Source: Octopus sinensis (Eukaryota). From it: 64,000 bases of DNA. The translations under genes were made by a program, and so were the position numbers. Location: NCBI RefSeq assembly GCF_006345805.1, contig NC_042998.1:94426001-94490000 (forward strand). The letters are read 5' to 3'. Positions 50,290 to 62,520 of the stretch are shown here, piece after piece; within the stretch, counting starts at the first letter, position 1, and each line of letters begins with the position of its first letter. The notes under the pieces were generated by a model. The model had not been told where the DNA came from. It ran no database searches and saw nothing but the letters and a program-made list of their open reading frames with translations.

Positions 50290-50503
50290 TTATGTTGCCA
50301 TATTTCTGTTGCAACATACTGCGTTTGTTTCATTTAATTCTGAAAATAATAAAGAATGATGAAATAACTTTGTTGCTATTAAACAACATTAATTGGGATG
50401 TTAATTGACATGAAATTTTGATGGAAGGTTTTGAGATCATTTTAAAACAGGAAGTTTGTATCACAGAGCAAGGGCGGTCTCAGTTGGGCTGGTATCAAAA
50501 GGG
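50290..50503 (-). mobile_element. piggyBac-type MITE family B
   Basis: Ends ggtatcaaaaggg; carries the uninterrupted site gatcattttaaaacaggaag. Confidence 0.75.
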
Positions 50504-52094
50504 TTGAAAATGTTTTATGAGACTAGGGTGGACCAAACCTGGCATATCTGTCTGATATTGTCTGTGGTGATCTGATATTTTAAAGTGTTAATGTTGTCTT
50601 CATTAATGCTATTATATTCCTCAGAATGTATCAGAATTAATTTGTATTCGAGATGATAAAAAAAATAAATTTCAGTTTTTGGTCATTTAGAAATTTTATT
50701 TTTGTTTTATTAGTTTACAATTTCACAAAAAGGGGGGAAAAAAATAAAGAATTTGAATTTGACACCACTACCCCTGTTTTATATATAATATATTTTATAT
50801 TTAAGATCATTAAAAATGTTTTTATAAACTGAAATTTAAATAAAATGTCAGAATATGAAATTTAAATTTGAAGTTGAATTAGAATTTAAGGAAAAAAAAA
50901 ATGAAATTTTTTATCAATTTCAATTTTTGTTTAAAAAAATCCTTTATTCTATTTTAGATTAAGAACATCTTAAGTTTAGCAGTCTGATTTGAATTCCTGA
51001 TTTTAGAAAATAAAATTGAAATAGAATTTTCTCCTGTGGTGTAAAGATATTTGGGTTATTTCAACATCTGATATAAAATGTTCCCGCAAACATAGAGTTA
51101 ACTTTTTTCTTTTTTTTAAATAATGTTAGAGTTTGTAAATTTACCTAAATTAGTTATTTTAAAATATTTCAATGATTTTGTGAAATTTTGAATAAAATTT
51201 AGCTATAAAACTAAACAAGAAAAAGTGTAATATAGGAAATTATGAAAATTCACATATGCACACACACACAAATGTTAATTGAAGATTGTATGAAATGTAA
51301 GTCTTTGTAGAGGAAGTTATTGAATACATCTATTTCTTCATAGTAGCACGCCAGAGATGCATAAACTTGAATAAATTCACTACTCTTTTTTTTTGTCATT
51401 ATGATAACTTATTTTGCAACATGCTCTTAAACGGATGGCATCTTTATTATAGTTGCTATGTTTGTGACACTAGATTAGATTTAATGAGGGTAAATGAAAT
51501 ATTCTTTGCAATGATATTTTAAAATGACTGTTGCTTGCTGTGTGTTTATAGTAAAGTAAGCCGGTATAGTCCTTGTTATATATCCCTGGCATATGTAAAT
51601 GGTTAGTATTATCTTTAAAATAGAAAATGTTCATTTAAACATATTGATATAAGCTCCTGCTTTTTGTGTGTATGTAGTACTTAAAACATTTCAATTGATT
51701 TTAATGACAACCTAAATATATTTTACCTGTTTCTTTCTTAGATCATATTTTCTACTTCTTTTCACTTCAGTTATTATTATTTTCATTTTTTTCTTGTTTC
51801 TTTTTTTCACATTTTCAATAAATTTCCCCATAGCTACAATGAAGTTAGTTATTCTTAAACTAACAAATGTCAAAGTACTGAATGAAACTAAACCAGATGA
51901 AATAGAAATTCAAAGCTGCACTTGTTTAAAACAATTGTTTTGAAAGAATAATTCCCTATCTTTGATTTATATCTTATCACATCAAAATGTTTATATTAAA
52001 ATTTGCTTTTTCAAATTTCAGAATTCTTAAAATTATACTAAAGATTAAATTTTCTTAATTTCTTAATAACATAGTTGTCTTTTTTTTTTTTTAA

Positions 52095-52306
52095 CCCTTT
52101 GGCATTTTATCTGGCCATAAACATATTTTGCCTGCTTTATGTTTAAAGTGGCAGATCTGGTCCTTCATGTCTACCCTATAATATCAATCTAAAAATTAAC
52201 TATCATATCATCAAAACCGTGAAACTACAGAATAAGTCCTGATTAATTCGAAACGATTTGAATTAATAAGCATAACATTTGACAGAATAATCTGAATGCT
52301 AAAGGG
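52095..52306 (+). mobile_element. piggyBac-type MITE family A, complete
   Basis: TTAA-CCCTTTTG...CTAAAGGG-TTAA. Confidence 0.85.
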
Positions 52307-54133
52307 TTAAATCTAGATTTTAGAGAAGATATTTTTGTTTACTGATTGGGTTTTAGCAAGGCATCAAAAGGGTGCAATTTAATTGGCAGTGAGAATAGTT
52401 ATGGATGTAAAAGAAAAAAAAAACTCTGAGATAATCTTTTTAATTGTAACTCACCTTAATGCTAGGTAGTTGAGAGACTGTTTTAAAGGCAAAAGTTAAT
52501 ATCATCACAAAGTTTCCTCATTATTCATTCTACTGTTCACTACAAAGAAACTGTTTTCACATCTAACCAATTAATGTTGATAATTCATTCATATAGCAGT
52601 TCTGCCTTGGTAGTTAGTATATGTCGATTGCATATTGTAACAATTTTTATTCTCAAGAACTGATGAACATCAATCAAGATAACTTATTTTTATTTTCCTT
52701 TTTGACTGGGTTTCATATAAATAAACCTGTTTCTTTTGCATGTTAAATATTGTTTTCAATTACAGCTGAAATACTTTCACATGTTCCTTGCTAATGATGC
52801 TTCAATGATGAATTTCAATTAGTTTGCATTTAAATGTCTGAATCCCTCTACTTCAGATTCAGCTTATAAAAACTATTCAGTTTTAATTTGAAGTTTAAAA
52901 GAAGAGGGTTTTTTTAACAAGCTGCTTCATAATTCGCTAGGTAACTTTAAGTAACCTAGGTAACTAAGGCTCTGTCTATATTAATATTGCTTTCAAATCT
53001 TATTTTTTGCTATTTATCATTCCTTAATTATTATATGATGCCATAGTTGTTTTTCTGTACATATGATTCCTCTTATTAACCAGTTCTTGAGAGACATGTT
53101 CAGACATTGCAAAAAGAATGGTTTTTGTTTTCCTTTTCTAATGTCTAATAAAGAAAATGCTGGCGGCATAGCCACATAGGTCTGCTTATTTGTAACTTAT
53201 CAAAACCAAGTGGTGGATTTATTCAAATTTGGACTCCATCATTTATCGTTGCTTACGAAAACTTTCTCAGTGTTTGTCTTATAAAAAGAATGAGATGTAG
53301 GACATTGTCGTCTGCCAAAAATAGGTTTCAAAACAAAACATTATAGCCAAAGGCATATTTGAGATGATGATATATATATATATATATATAGAGAGAGAAA
53401 GAGAGCTTATTGTTTTTATTTTTAAAAAAATATGATTGCTTACTGTTAGGCAATAAAGAACAATATAACATGAAATTTACAACAAAAAAAAAATTAAAAA
53501 AAGAGGGAAAGCAAAAATGAAAATTCACATTATATGATTAACTCTAAATGTATTGGTTGATTGTGGAACTTTGAAATGTACTTAAGTGTATTCTAGACTT
53601 GAGTTCATATTTGCTACAGTATATTTATATTAAATTAGCAATACTGAGCCAACATTACTGTTCATTTTACTTTTTATGGTATAATTACTATTATGTATAT
53701 GAAACTCATTTGAAGGTTTCTGACTGCCCTACCCCCCCCTCCAAAAAACAAAAACAAAGCTGCAAAGAAGCATTCTGTAAGTATATGCTATACAATTGCA
53801 CAAGCATTGTGATAATAATTATCTTCCTTATACTAAGATACACAACAGAATTGTTAGAACATGTGATAGAATGGCTGTTTAAAGATGGTATCAGTCTTGT
53901 AGCCTTTCAGAAATTTGCATTATAGTTCATATATTGAAACAGCAACTCTTACTAACTGTCCCATTTATTTTAGCCAAAATTATATAATTCCTTGGTACCT
54001 TCTTCCAGTATCTTGTATTTAACCCTTTAGCATTTAAACTGGCCATATTAGACCCAAATATTTTACCTGTTTTATGTTCAAACAGGTCAGATCCTGCTTT
54101 TCACACCTATCTACTATGTCATTCTAAAAATAA

Positions 54134-55887
54134 TCATCATCATCATTTAGCGTCCGTTTTCCATGCTAGCATGGGTTGGACGGTTCTACTGGGGTCTGTG
54201 AAGCCAGAAGGCTTCATCAGGCCCAGTCAAATTTGGCAGTGTTTCTATGGCTGGATGCCCTTCCTAACGCCAACCACTCCGTGAGTGTAGTGGGTGCTTT
54301 TTACGTGCCACCCGCACTGGTGCCAGACAGAGCTGGCAAACGGCCACGAACGGATGGTGCTTTTTATGTGCCACCGGCACGAGGGCCAGGCGAGGCTGGC
54401 AACGGACACGAAACGGGGCGGTGCTGGCAACGGTCGCGAAACGGAAAGTTCTCTTACATGCCACCGCACTGGTAACACATCTGCAATTTCCATTGATCGA
54501 TTTCGATTCTGATCCTCACTTGCCTCAATGGGTCTTCACAAGCAGAGTTTCGACATGCCACCGGCACTGGTAGCACATCCGCAATTTCCATTGATCGATT
54601 TCGATTCTGATCCTCACTTGCCTCAACACGTCTTCACAAGTAGAGCTTTGTGTCCCAAGAAGGGAAGGTATGCATACGTAGGCTGGCTCCATCCCATGTA
54701 GAAGGCCACGGGTTGTGGACTCACTTGTCCTGCCGGGTCTTCTCGCGCACAGCACACTTCCAGAGGTCTCGGTCTCTAGTCATTTCCTCAGTGAGACCTA
54801 AAGTTCGAAGGTCGTGCTTCACCACCTCGTCCCAGGTTTTCCTGGGTCTGCCTCTTCCACAGGTTCCCTCAACCGCTAGGGTGTGGCACTTTTTCACACA
54901 ACTATCTTCATCCATTCTCGCCACATGACCATACCAGCGCAAACGTCTCTCTTGCACACCACAACTGATGCTTCTTAGGTCCAGCTTTTCTCTCAAGGTA
55001 CTTACACTCTGCCGAGTGTGAGTACCGGCATTACACATCCATCGGAGCATACTGGCTTCATTTCTAGCGAGCTTACGCATATCCTCAGCAGTCACGGCCC
55101 ATGTTTCACTGCCATGTAGCATGGCTGTTCGTACACACGCATCATACAGTCTGCCTTTCACTCTGTGCGAGAGGCCTTTTGTCACCAGCAGAGGTAAGAG
55201 CTCTCTGAACTTTGCCCAAGCTATTCTTACTCTAGCAGTTACACTTTCAGCACACCCGCCCCCGCTGCTGACTTGGTCACCTAGGTAACGGAAACTATCA
55301 ACTATTTCTAGTTTTTCTCCCTGGAAAGTGACGGAAGTTGGTCTCAGAGCATTTTCAGTGTTTATTGTTCCTGAGCATCTGCCACATACAAAAACCATCT
55401 TCCTAGTTAGTCTTCCTTTGACATTGCTGCATCTCTTATGTGTCCATAGCTTACACTTGGTGCATCTTATAGAGTTTCTACCTACACCTTTTCTACAGAT
55501 CGAGCAGGGCCATCTACCTGAAGGTGTTTGTGATTTGTCTACCTTCCTACTGATTACGACTTTGGTTTTAGCTAGATTGACTCTGAGGCCCTTCGATTCT
55601 AATCCTTGTTTCCACACCTGAAACTTCTCCTCCAGTTCTGATAGCGACTCAGCAATTAGAGCAAGGTCATCAGCATAGAGGAGCTCCCAAGGGCATCCTG
55701 TCTTGAATTCCTCCGTTATTGCCTGGAGGACTATGATAAATAGGAGGGGGCTGAGTACTGAGCCTTGGTGGACCCCTACCTCTACCCGGAATTCTTCACT
55801 GTACTCATTTCCAACCCTCACCCTACTAGCGGCATCCCTATGCATGGCCCGCACAGCTCTCACTAACCATTCATCTATCCCTAGTTT
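54134..55887 (-). mobile_element. Young 5'-truncated RTE-clade LINE
   Basis: Stop-free 380-aa ORF, CpGs retained, 3' UTR with a ~97-bp tandem duplication (54456-54650), (GAT)n tail at 54134-54146. Confidence 0.95.
54721..55863 (-). CDS. RTE reverse transcriptase (partial, no endonuclease) with an internal C4HC3 PHD-type finger
   Basis: GVHQGSVLSPLLF, LLYADDL (55666-55677), NLAKTKVV, FRYLG, RWYGHV.RM, RGRPRKTW; C-x2-C-x10-C-x2-C-x4-H-x2-C-x14-C-x2-C at aa 120-163 (55375-55506). Confidence 0.93.
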   Translation of the reverse strand: MRAVRAMHRDAASRVRVGNEYSEEFRVEVGVHQGSVLSPLLFIIVLQAITEEFKTGCPWELLYADDLALIAESLSELEEKFQVWKQGLESKGLRVNLAKTKVVISRKVDKSQTPSGRWPCSICRKGVGRNSIRCTKCKLWTHKRCSNVKGRLTRKMVFVCGRCSGTINTENALRPTSVTFQGEKLEIVDSFRYLGDQVSSGGGCAESVTARVRIAWAKFRELLPLLVTKGLSHRVKGRLYDACVRTAMLHGSETWAVTAEDMRKLARNEASMLRWMCNAGTHTRQSVSTLREKLDLRSISCGVQERRLRWYGHVARMDEDSCVKKCHTLAVEGTCGRGRPRKTWDEVVKHDLRTLGLTEEMTRDRDLWKCAVREKTRQDK

Positions 55888-56769
55888 TCACATCATCAAA
55901 ATCTTGAAACCAAGAAATAACACATGGTTAATTCCAACCAATGTGAAAATTTCTAAGTATTACATTTCACACAGTCATCTGAATAGCGAAGTGTTAAAAT
56001 TGAAGTGCTATGGTTATTCTTGAAATATTTTTCAAGATGTTACATCATAATAGTACTTAAGACTTCATATTTGAGTATGATATATAATATTTAGTATATA
56101 TTTTGTAAATGAATTGGATGAACATATTGGTTGTAATTTGTAACTTGGCCTTTAGTGAAATCATTTTGTCTTGAGATATTTACCTTTATTTTCATTACAT
56201 TTGATAACAGTTTTTCTGGTCACATCTCTTACACTATACCAACAGTATAAAGATGTAGCAACATTACTTTATTGATGCATATAACCTGGGAAGCACATAA
56301 ATACAGCAGCATTACCAGAGCAGAGGTATTTGTAATATAAAAATAAATCCTGTAGAATCCAAAGAAAATAATGTTGGTTGTTAAGAAAGTAAGTTAAATT
56401 AGTTTGCTGTGAGAAAGGGTAGTCTAATGTCCTGATGAAGACCATGTCAAAAATGCCAGCTCTCTCTTGTTCTCTCATGGCAAATTATTTTCTTATTTTG
56501 GGGACCATTTATGATGTAACATAGGTTGATTTTTAGACTTATTTTATGGATTGGTAAGGTTACTGAAATTTTTTGTTCCATCTATACCGGATGTCGCTTT
56601 CTCCCACCACCATTATAGGTGTCTACTCTTCGAACCCCCCTCTTCAACACGCTATTTCACCATGCATTACCCCTCTCTTGATATCCTACGTTCTACTTGC
56701 CTAGAACCTGTCATCATTTCTCTGAACCACCCCTCCCCACTGGTGCTCCCCTATATATTTCTGCACCCC

Positions 56770-57024
56770 CCCCCCACATAAAAAGCACCATCCGAACGTG
56801 GCCGATGCCAGACCCCTCTGGCACCTGTGCAGGTGGCACGTAAAAAACACCCACTACACTCGCGGAGTGGTTGGCGTTAGGAAGGGCATCCAGCTGTAGA
56901 AACACTGCCAGACTAGACTGGAGCCTGGGGCAGTCCCGAGCTCCCCAGACCCCGGTCGAAACCGTCCAACCTGTGCTAGCGCGGAAAACGGACGTTAAAC
57001 GATGATGATGATGATGATGATGAT
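56770..57024 (+). mobile_element. Young RTE LINE 3'-end fragment
   Basis: CpG-rich homolog of the reverse complement of 54134-54470; (GAT)8 tail. Confidence 0.88.
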
Positions 57025-57344
57025 GTATCTCATTATAAACAATTCCTAAGTTTCTAACTTCATACACTCTATGATTACTGAAATGCATAGTCTATGAAAT
57101 CAGTATTTACTTGTTTTATGTCCATTTTCCGTGCTCATGTGGGGTTAGATAAATATATTATTGAGGTATTGTTATATAGCCACTGCTCTTCTTGCTACTA
57201 ACCTTTACATGCTTGTCTAGTAAGGGATCTCATGTTCTACATTGCTTTGAAGGCATGAAGTGAGTGGTCAATTTATTTACAGGAGAAATGCCTGTGAGTG
57301 GCGCACATGTGTGCATGCATGCATGGTCATACACACACATGATA

Positions 57345-57503
57345 GTTTCTTTTTCAATTTTCCTTTATCAGATCCACTCAGACTGCTTCAGCTGGCCTGG
57401 GGCCTATGGTAGCAGACACTTGCCCAAGGTGCCACAGAGTCGGACTGAGTCTGAAACCATGTGATTGGGAAGTGAACTTCTTAATCACACAGACATGCCT
57501 GTT
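57345..57503 (-). mobile_element. SINE family A head fragment
   Basis: agacacttgcccaaggtgcc...gaaaccatgtgattgg. Confidence 0.72.
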
Positions 57504-58819
57504 CCTATTCTATAATACTGTATCTCTAAATTCAGTATTCCAAATTTTTGAATAGTAATTTTTGTGTAGTATTTGTTTTGTGAGTTTCTTTGCCTGTTAG
57601 CATTTTAAAAGCAATATTAAAAATATTTTGAGCTAAAAGATGGAATATTAATACTTTTGACATGAATGTATTTTCTTAGTATTTTTAGTGTTTTTAGTTT
57701 TAATTACTTACAAAGGGGCACCGTTTCTGGTTTGTGGAGAAACAAACATAAATGAAATAGTGTGGTATTCATACTTCTTCTTTTTCATGAGTTAACAATA
57801 GGAGTTAAAATGGTTTACAAATGGGAATTGTAACTAGAATGTGGTCTTTGCTTGCTACTATCTGCCTCTATGGACATTTAATACTAATGCTTCTATTAGA
57901 GATTTTTACTTCCAGCAAACTATTACTTAAATTGACCAAGGCTACTATGGCTGAATATTAATCTTCTCTTGAGATACAGCTATCATTAAAATTTTCCATC
58001 ACATTACAAGCATTCCCATCAGAGAATTGCTAAGGCTATCTGATGCTATGTTACCTTTTGGAATAATGAAGAAAATTGTTTATAGAGTGGTCCTTTGATG
58101 TATGTAGTTATTTTGGTTTTGATATGAGACTGAATGGATTCTCATACAAATCTACCATGTTGTAGGCTTTCTTAATAGAACCAAAAGTCTCTGGTGACGT
58201 GTATTACTTAATATTTAAAACCAATTCATGAAACGAAATTACAAGTTTAGAGATTTAGCAGGTAACCTTTGCTACCTTTGGAAAATGGACAAATTTTTAT
58301 AAGAAGATGACTGTTATAATGCTGTTGGCTAAATGTTAAGTGGAATACTTAAGTATGCTTTTAACTAAATCAGTTGTTACTATTGCAATTAGTAAAAGTC
58401 AGCAGACTGAGAGAAACTAAATACTTAGTATTTAATTTCATCCTTCTCTATTCAACTGTTATTGTGAGCTTTATCTTTCGCCCCTTCCATAACCCTTTTG
58501 TTTCTACCATATATATCAGTTTATTTTGAAAATAATCAAGAATTTAGAAGGATTTAGTATACAACTGATTACTTTCTCATTACTGAGAAGTTATATGGAA
58601 CATAATGAAAGCATCTTAAATAAAATTATGATTGAGGGTTCTAATTTAAGTATCATGTCAGGGGTGATTTTAATTGAGTTGCTATCAAAAGTTAACTAAG
58701 GTTGATAAAATAAGTGCCAGATATGTACTTCGGTCTCTTCAATTAGTTGTGTCCTTAAAGATTTGTTGTTTACAAATGTAAGAAAAAGAAAAGTCATTTA
58801 CTATAATTATTATCAAAAA

Positions 58820-59078
58820 TATTGGCTGTGGAGTCAGAGTTGGAAACAATTAAGTGATAACTGGAGTTGGAGTCAGTAAAACTATACCGACTCTGACTCA
58901 ATATCTTTATTCTTTAATATAAACCAGTTATAACATAAATGCCTACTCAAAGTACAATCTTATGCATATGCTTTGAGATATGTAGACCACAATCAATTAC
59001 ATAACGAGGAGTCAAAGTTGGGGGTGCCAATAATAGAGGAGTCGGAGTCAAAGTTTTTGTTTTGACCCCGCAGCCCTG
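58820..59078. mobile_element. MITE with CAGGGCTGCGG-type ends and repeated GGAGTC subterminal motifs (hAT-like)
   Basis: Right end gaccccgcagccctg, degenerate left end ggctgtggagtc; GGAGTC/GAGTC recurs internally. Confidence 0.55.
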
Positions 59079-59137
59079 AAAAATACAACAGTCACAATGA
59101 AGTTACATGATCTGGTATACCAGTTCCAAATTTTTTT

Positions 59138-59540
59138 AATATGTAGGAGGTTGGTATGGCTGTGTAGTTAAAATGTTCACTTTGTAATCACATGGTTTTG
59201 GGTTCAGTTCCACTGTGTGTCTTGGACAAGTATCTTCTGTTGTAGATTCAGGCTGATCAAAACCTTGTATGTGAATCTGGAAGATGGAAACAAGATATGT
59301 TGATATATAATGTGTGTATGTGCGCACATGTCTTGATATCTTGTGCTAATTGTAAACATGTCATTTATAAAATGGAGTCATTTGTTTACAATCTGAAAAA
59401 TGTACAAATTAGGGGAGGTAAACAAGTAACAGAGAGGAAAACTGACCATAGCAAATCTGCTTCATCAAGTTTCGTCTGACCCATGCAAGCATGGAAAAGT
59501 AGACGTTAAATTAATGACAGTGATGATTATGATGATGATG
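59138..59540 (+). mobile_element. SINE with a family A head and an RTE-type tail
   Basis: Family A head (ggctgtgtagttaa...gggttcagttccactg...ggacaagtatcttct) joined to gacccatgcaagcatggaaaagtagacgttaaa...(GAT)n. Confidence 0.78.
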
Positions 59541-60287
59541 TGTCTCACCTTTGAGAATATTCTAGGCATTTCTTATTTCATTGTTGTTTGCTATAGATGA
59601 CTTTTAAAGAGAGCTATTGATGTTTTTGGGATTTTGTTTTGGCTCACAATTTACTGTGCCTGCAATGTGCAGCACTTACACATGCACACACAAAAGTAAG
59701 CACACCCACGCTCACATGCTCATGCTCATGGCCTCTGTTATTCTCCCTATCTCTCACGCTCCTGAATTCCACATGAAATTTAGTGTTTTGAAATAAATAA
59801 ATAACTAAATACAAAAATAAAAGTAAAATAGCATGAAGTAGACATTGTTACACTTGCTACATCAGGTGGTATGTTCAAGCACAATTGAACTTTGTAAAAT
59901 CTTGCTAAGATAAAAATAATATATATATATATATATATATATTTATGAGTAAACAGTTTATGCTCGTGCATGTGTGCGTGTATTCTTTTTTAGAGTTTAT
60001 TAATTCAAATCTAAAGTATCTAAGTGCAGAGAGAAGGAAAACAAACTTAGAAAGCTACTTGAAGTTGAAACCATGTTAAATATTTGTTTTAATACCCAAG
60101 GTTTTTAATCAGTTCAATCACTCAACAAATATTTACTGTTTTATGCTAATTTATCCATACCAGCAGGAGTAAGATAATTCTTGAATGCTTTAGAAGTTGT
60201 TGTTTTTTTTTTTCCTTTTGTTTTAAACAACCAAAACCTCAGTCCAAACTGGATTGACCTACCTGAAATAGCAGCCAAATCATTTAA

Positions 60288-60507
60288 CTTTTAATTATTT
60301 AAACTGTCTATATCCAGCCCAAATATTTTACCTGTTTTGTACTCAAACCAGCCAGAGCTGGTCTCTCACACCTACTCTACAATGCTATTCTAAAAATAAA
60401 TAATCACATCGTTGAAATCTTGAAGCTATAAGATAATGCATGATTGATTCAAAACTTCGTGAATAAATAAGCATTATATTTTACAGAACAATCTGAATGC
60501 TAAAGGT
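60288..60507 (+). mobile_element. piggyBac-type MITE family A
   Basis: TTAA-flanked; ctctcacacctactctacaatg, ctgaatgctaaagg. Confidence 0.82.
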
Positions 60508-60600
60508 TTAAACAAGGCCATATTTGACAATCTAGTCCTGAGTCAGTAAGAATGGCTTTGATCATGTGTAATTGTTTGATGAGAGTTGGCTCGAGTTTAA

Positions 60601-60810
60601 CTCTTTTGATACCTGCCCAAGACCCCTCTCGGTTCTATGATACAAATCTCCTGCTATAGTTTTACCTAAATTGTTACATCAAAATGTCTTGTTAAATTCT
60701 GTTTCAAACACCAGATTAATTACTATAGTTATTTGACTAAATATGTCATTATTTTCAAAATTAATTGAAGAAAGATAGTCTGTTTCAACAGAAATTTAGG
60801 AACCAAAAAA
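60601..60810 (+). mobile_element. piggyBac-type MITE family B
   Basis: TTAActcttttgatacc...ggttctatgatacaaa...TTAA. Confidence 0.75.
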
Positions 60811-60939
60811 TTAAGTGATCATATAACCTTAAAGAAATAGCAGGTTCCCTAATTTTTCAGCTAAGCAAATTGAAACTAACAGTAATGCTGCAATGCAGTC
60901 ATTGGCAGAAATAAAATCTGCAACACTTGATGATGGCCC

Positions 60940-61120
60940 ATAATCTCTTAATGTGAGGGTTGGGAATTTGTTGATACCATTTACCCCTGTACTTGAATGA
61001 CATTTTATTTTGCATCTTCTGAAAGAATGAAAGGCAAAGTTGATCTCGGTAGGACTTGAATGCAGAATGTAAAGAACCGGGACATATACTGCAAAATTCC
61101 ATTGATTCTGCAAGCTCGCT
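60940..61120 (-). mobile_element. SINE family B
   Basis: gaaagaatgaaaggcaaagttgatctcgg..., reverse complement of family B. Confidence 0.72.
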
Positions 61121-62396
61121 ACTGATTTGAGAACGATTTGGGTGCTATTTCTGGCAAGCTAAGTTATGGCACAGAAGCTCCCTGGCTGGTTGTGGCTACA
61201 TTTTTAGAGTTGGAACTGCACCCAGTTGAAAAAAGCATATGGGGGAAAAAAAAGCTAAATATCTAGGATCTACAGAAAGGCTTAGTAATGTATGAATAAA
61301 TACAAGCACACAACTTCCTCTTTCTATTTTCATACATTCTGCTTAAGGGAACTTGTAGCAAATGTTTGTCTGAGAAATTTTATAAGCAGAGTATAGCACT
61401 AGTTACTTTATGGACCTCTTTGAAATCCCAATTATTTCTCTGTTTTCTTTTTTCTTTTTCTTTTGCTTTGTCTGTTTTAATTTTTACCTATACTTCCTTC
61501 TCTAACAATAGATCTTTGATTTTATTGATTTTATTGTAGCATATCAGTATTTGCATAATGATTTAGATTTGCATTAATTATTAAATGTAACTTTTTTGTT
61601 TTAAGATTCAAGTAAATCTATTCCATTCCATAACATATGGGTCATTCCATGTCAAGTCATCTAGAAAAAATATTTGTTTTTAATGATAACTATACATCTC
61701 AAAATGTTTATACAAAATAATAAATAAAAACAACTCCAAAAAAAGCAAAAAACAAAAAGAAACTCCAAAATATTAAAATATTAGATGCCAAATATTACAC
61801 AAACCACAACTGATTCAATAAGTTGCTTGTAATAATATAGTGGTTTGTCTCTTGTCATAAAACCATGGAAACTGGGGATAAACGCTGACCAATAGTCCAT
61901 GAAAGGAAATATAGAGTAGCAGTAGTAGCAGTAATAATAATAATAATGATTTCATTTATTTGCTGCTAGAATAATAATAATAATGATATTAAAAAGTAGA
62001 CACTGTAGAGAATGATGAAAATGTCAATAAAACACCTGAAATGTTTGTTTTGATGCACATTGTATTTTCAATCAGTATTTATTACAAGTAAAATATATAA
62101 CTACGCTACAGAAAGAGCAAAATGGAAAGAGAATGCGTTTTCTACCATTCAGTTTATAAGCTTTGTTCCACCCCCCACCCCCTAACCAATTAATCATTAT
62201 AGAAATCAGTGGTCAGAAATAAATCAAATTTTCAACCCAAATGCTTAATACAAGCCTGTTACTTCACTTTAATATATTATTGGTTTTTTTTTTTGTTGCT
62301 TGTTATAGTGGACAGTGAAATGGAAATGGCTACAAATTTTCTCATTAAGCTTTTTTCTTTTTTTTCTTCTTTTTAATTTATATTTTTATGGTTTAG

Positions 62397-62520
62397 GTAC
62401 AGGTATGACGTTGTGGTTAAGAAACTTATTTCCTGACCACTAATCTTCAGGCAAGTGTCTTCTGCTATAGCCCTAGGCCCACTTCTGTGTGGATTTGGTC
62501 AGCAGGAACTAAAAGATGTT
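62397..62520 (+). mobile_element. SINE family A head fragment
   Basis: ggcaagtgtcttctgctatagccc...gtggatttggtcagcaggaactaaaaga. Confidence 0.65.

Larger units (their letters stand above)
54023..55993 (+). mobile_element. piggyBac-type MITE family A split by an RTE insertion (halves 54023-54133 and 55888-55993)
   Basis: Left half ends attctaaaaataa and right half starts tcacatcatcaaaatcttgaa; these are contiguous in the intact copies at 40872 and 60288. Confidence 0.82.

Noticed and set aside
54176-54928. Short ORFs overlapping the RTE 3' UTR and antisense RT (54176-54475, 54245-54493, 54650-54928, 55328-55621)
   Set aside because: They are by-products of the higher GC content of the young LINE and have no domain features.
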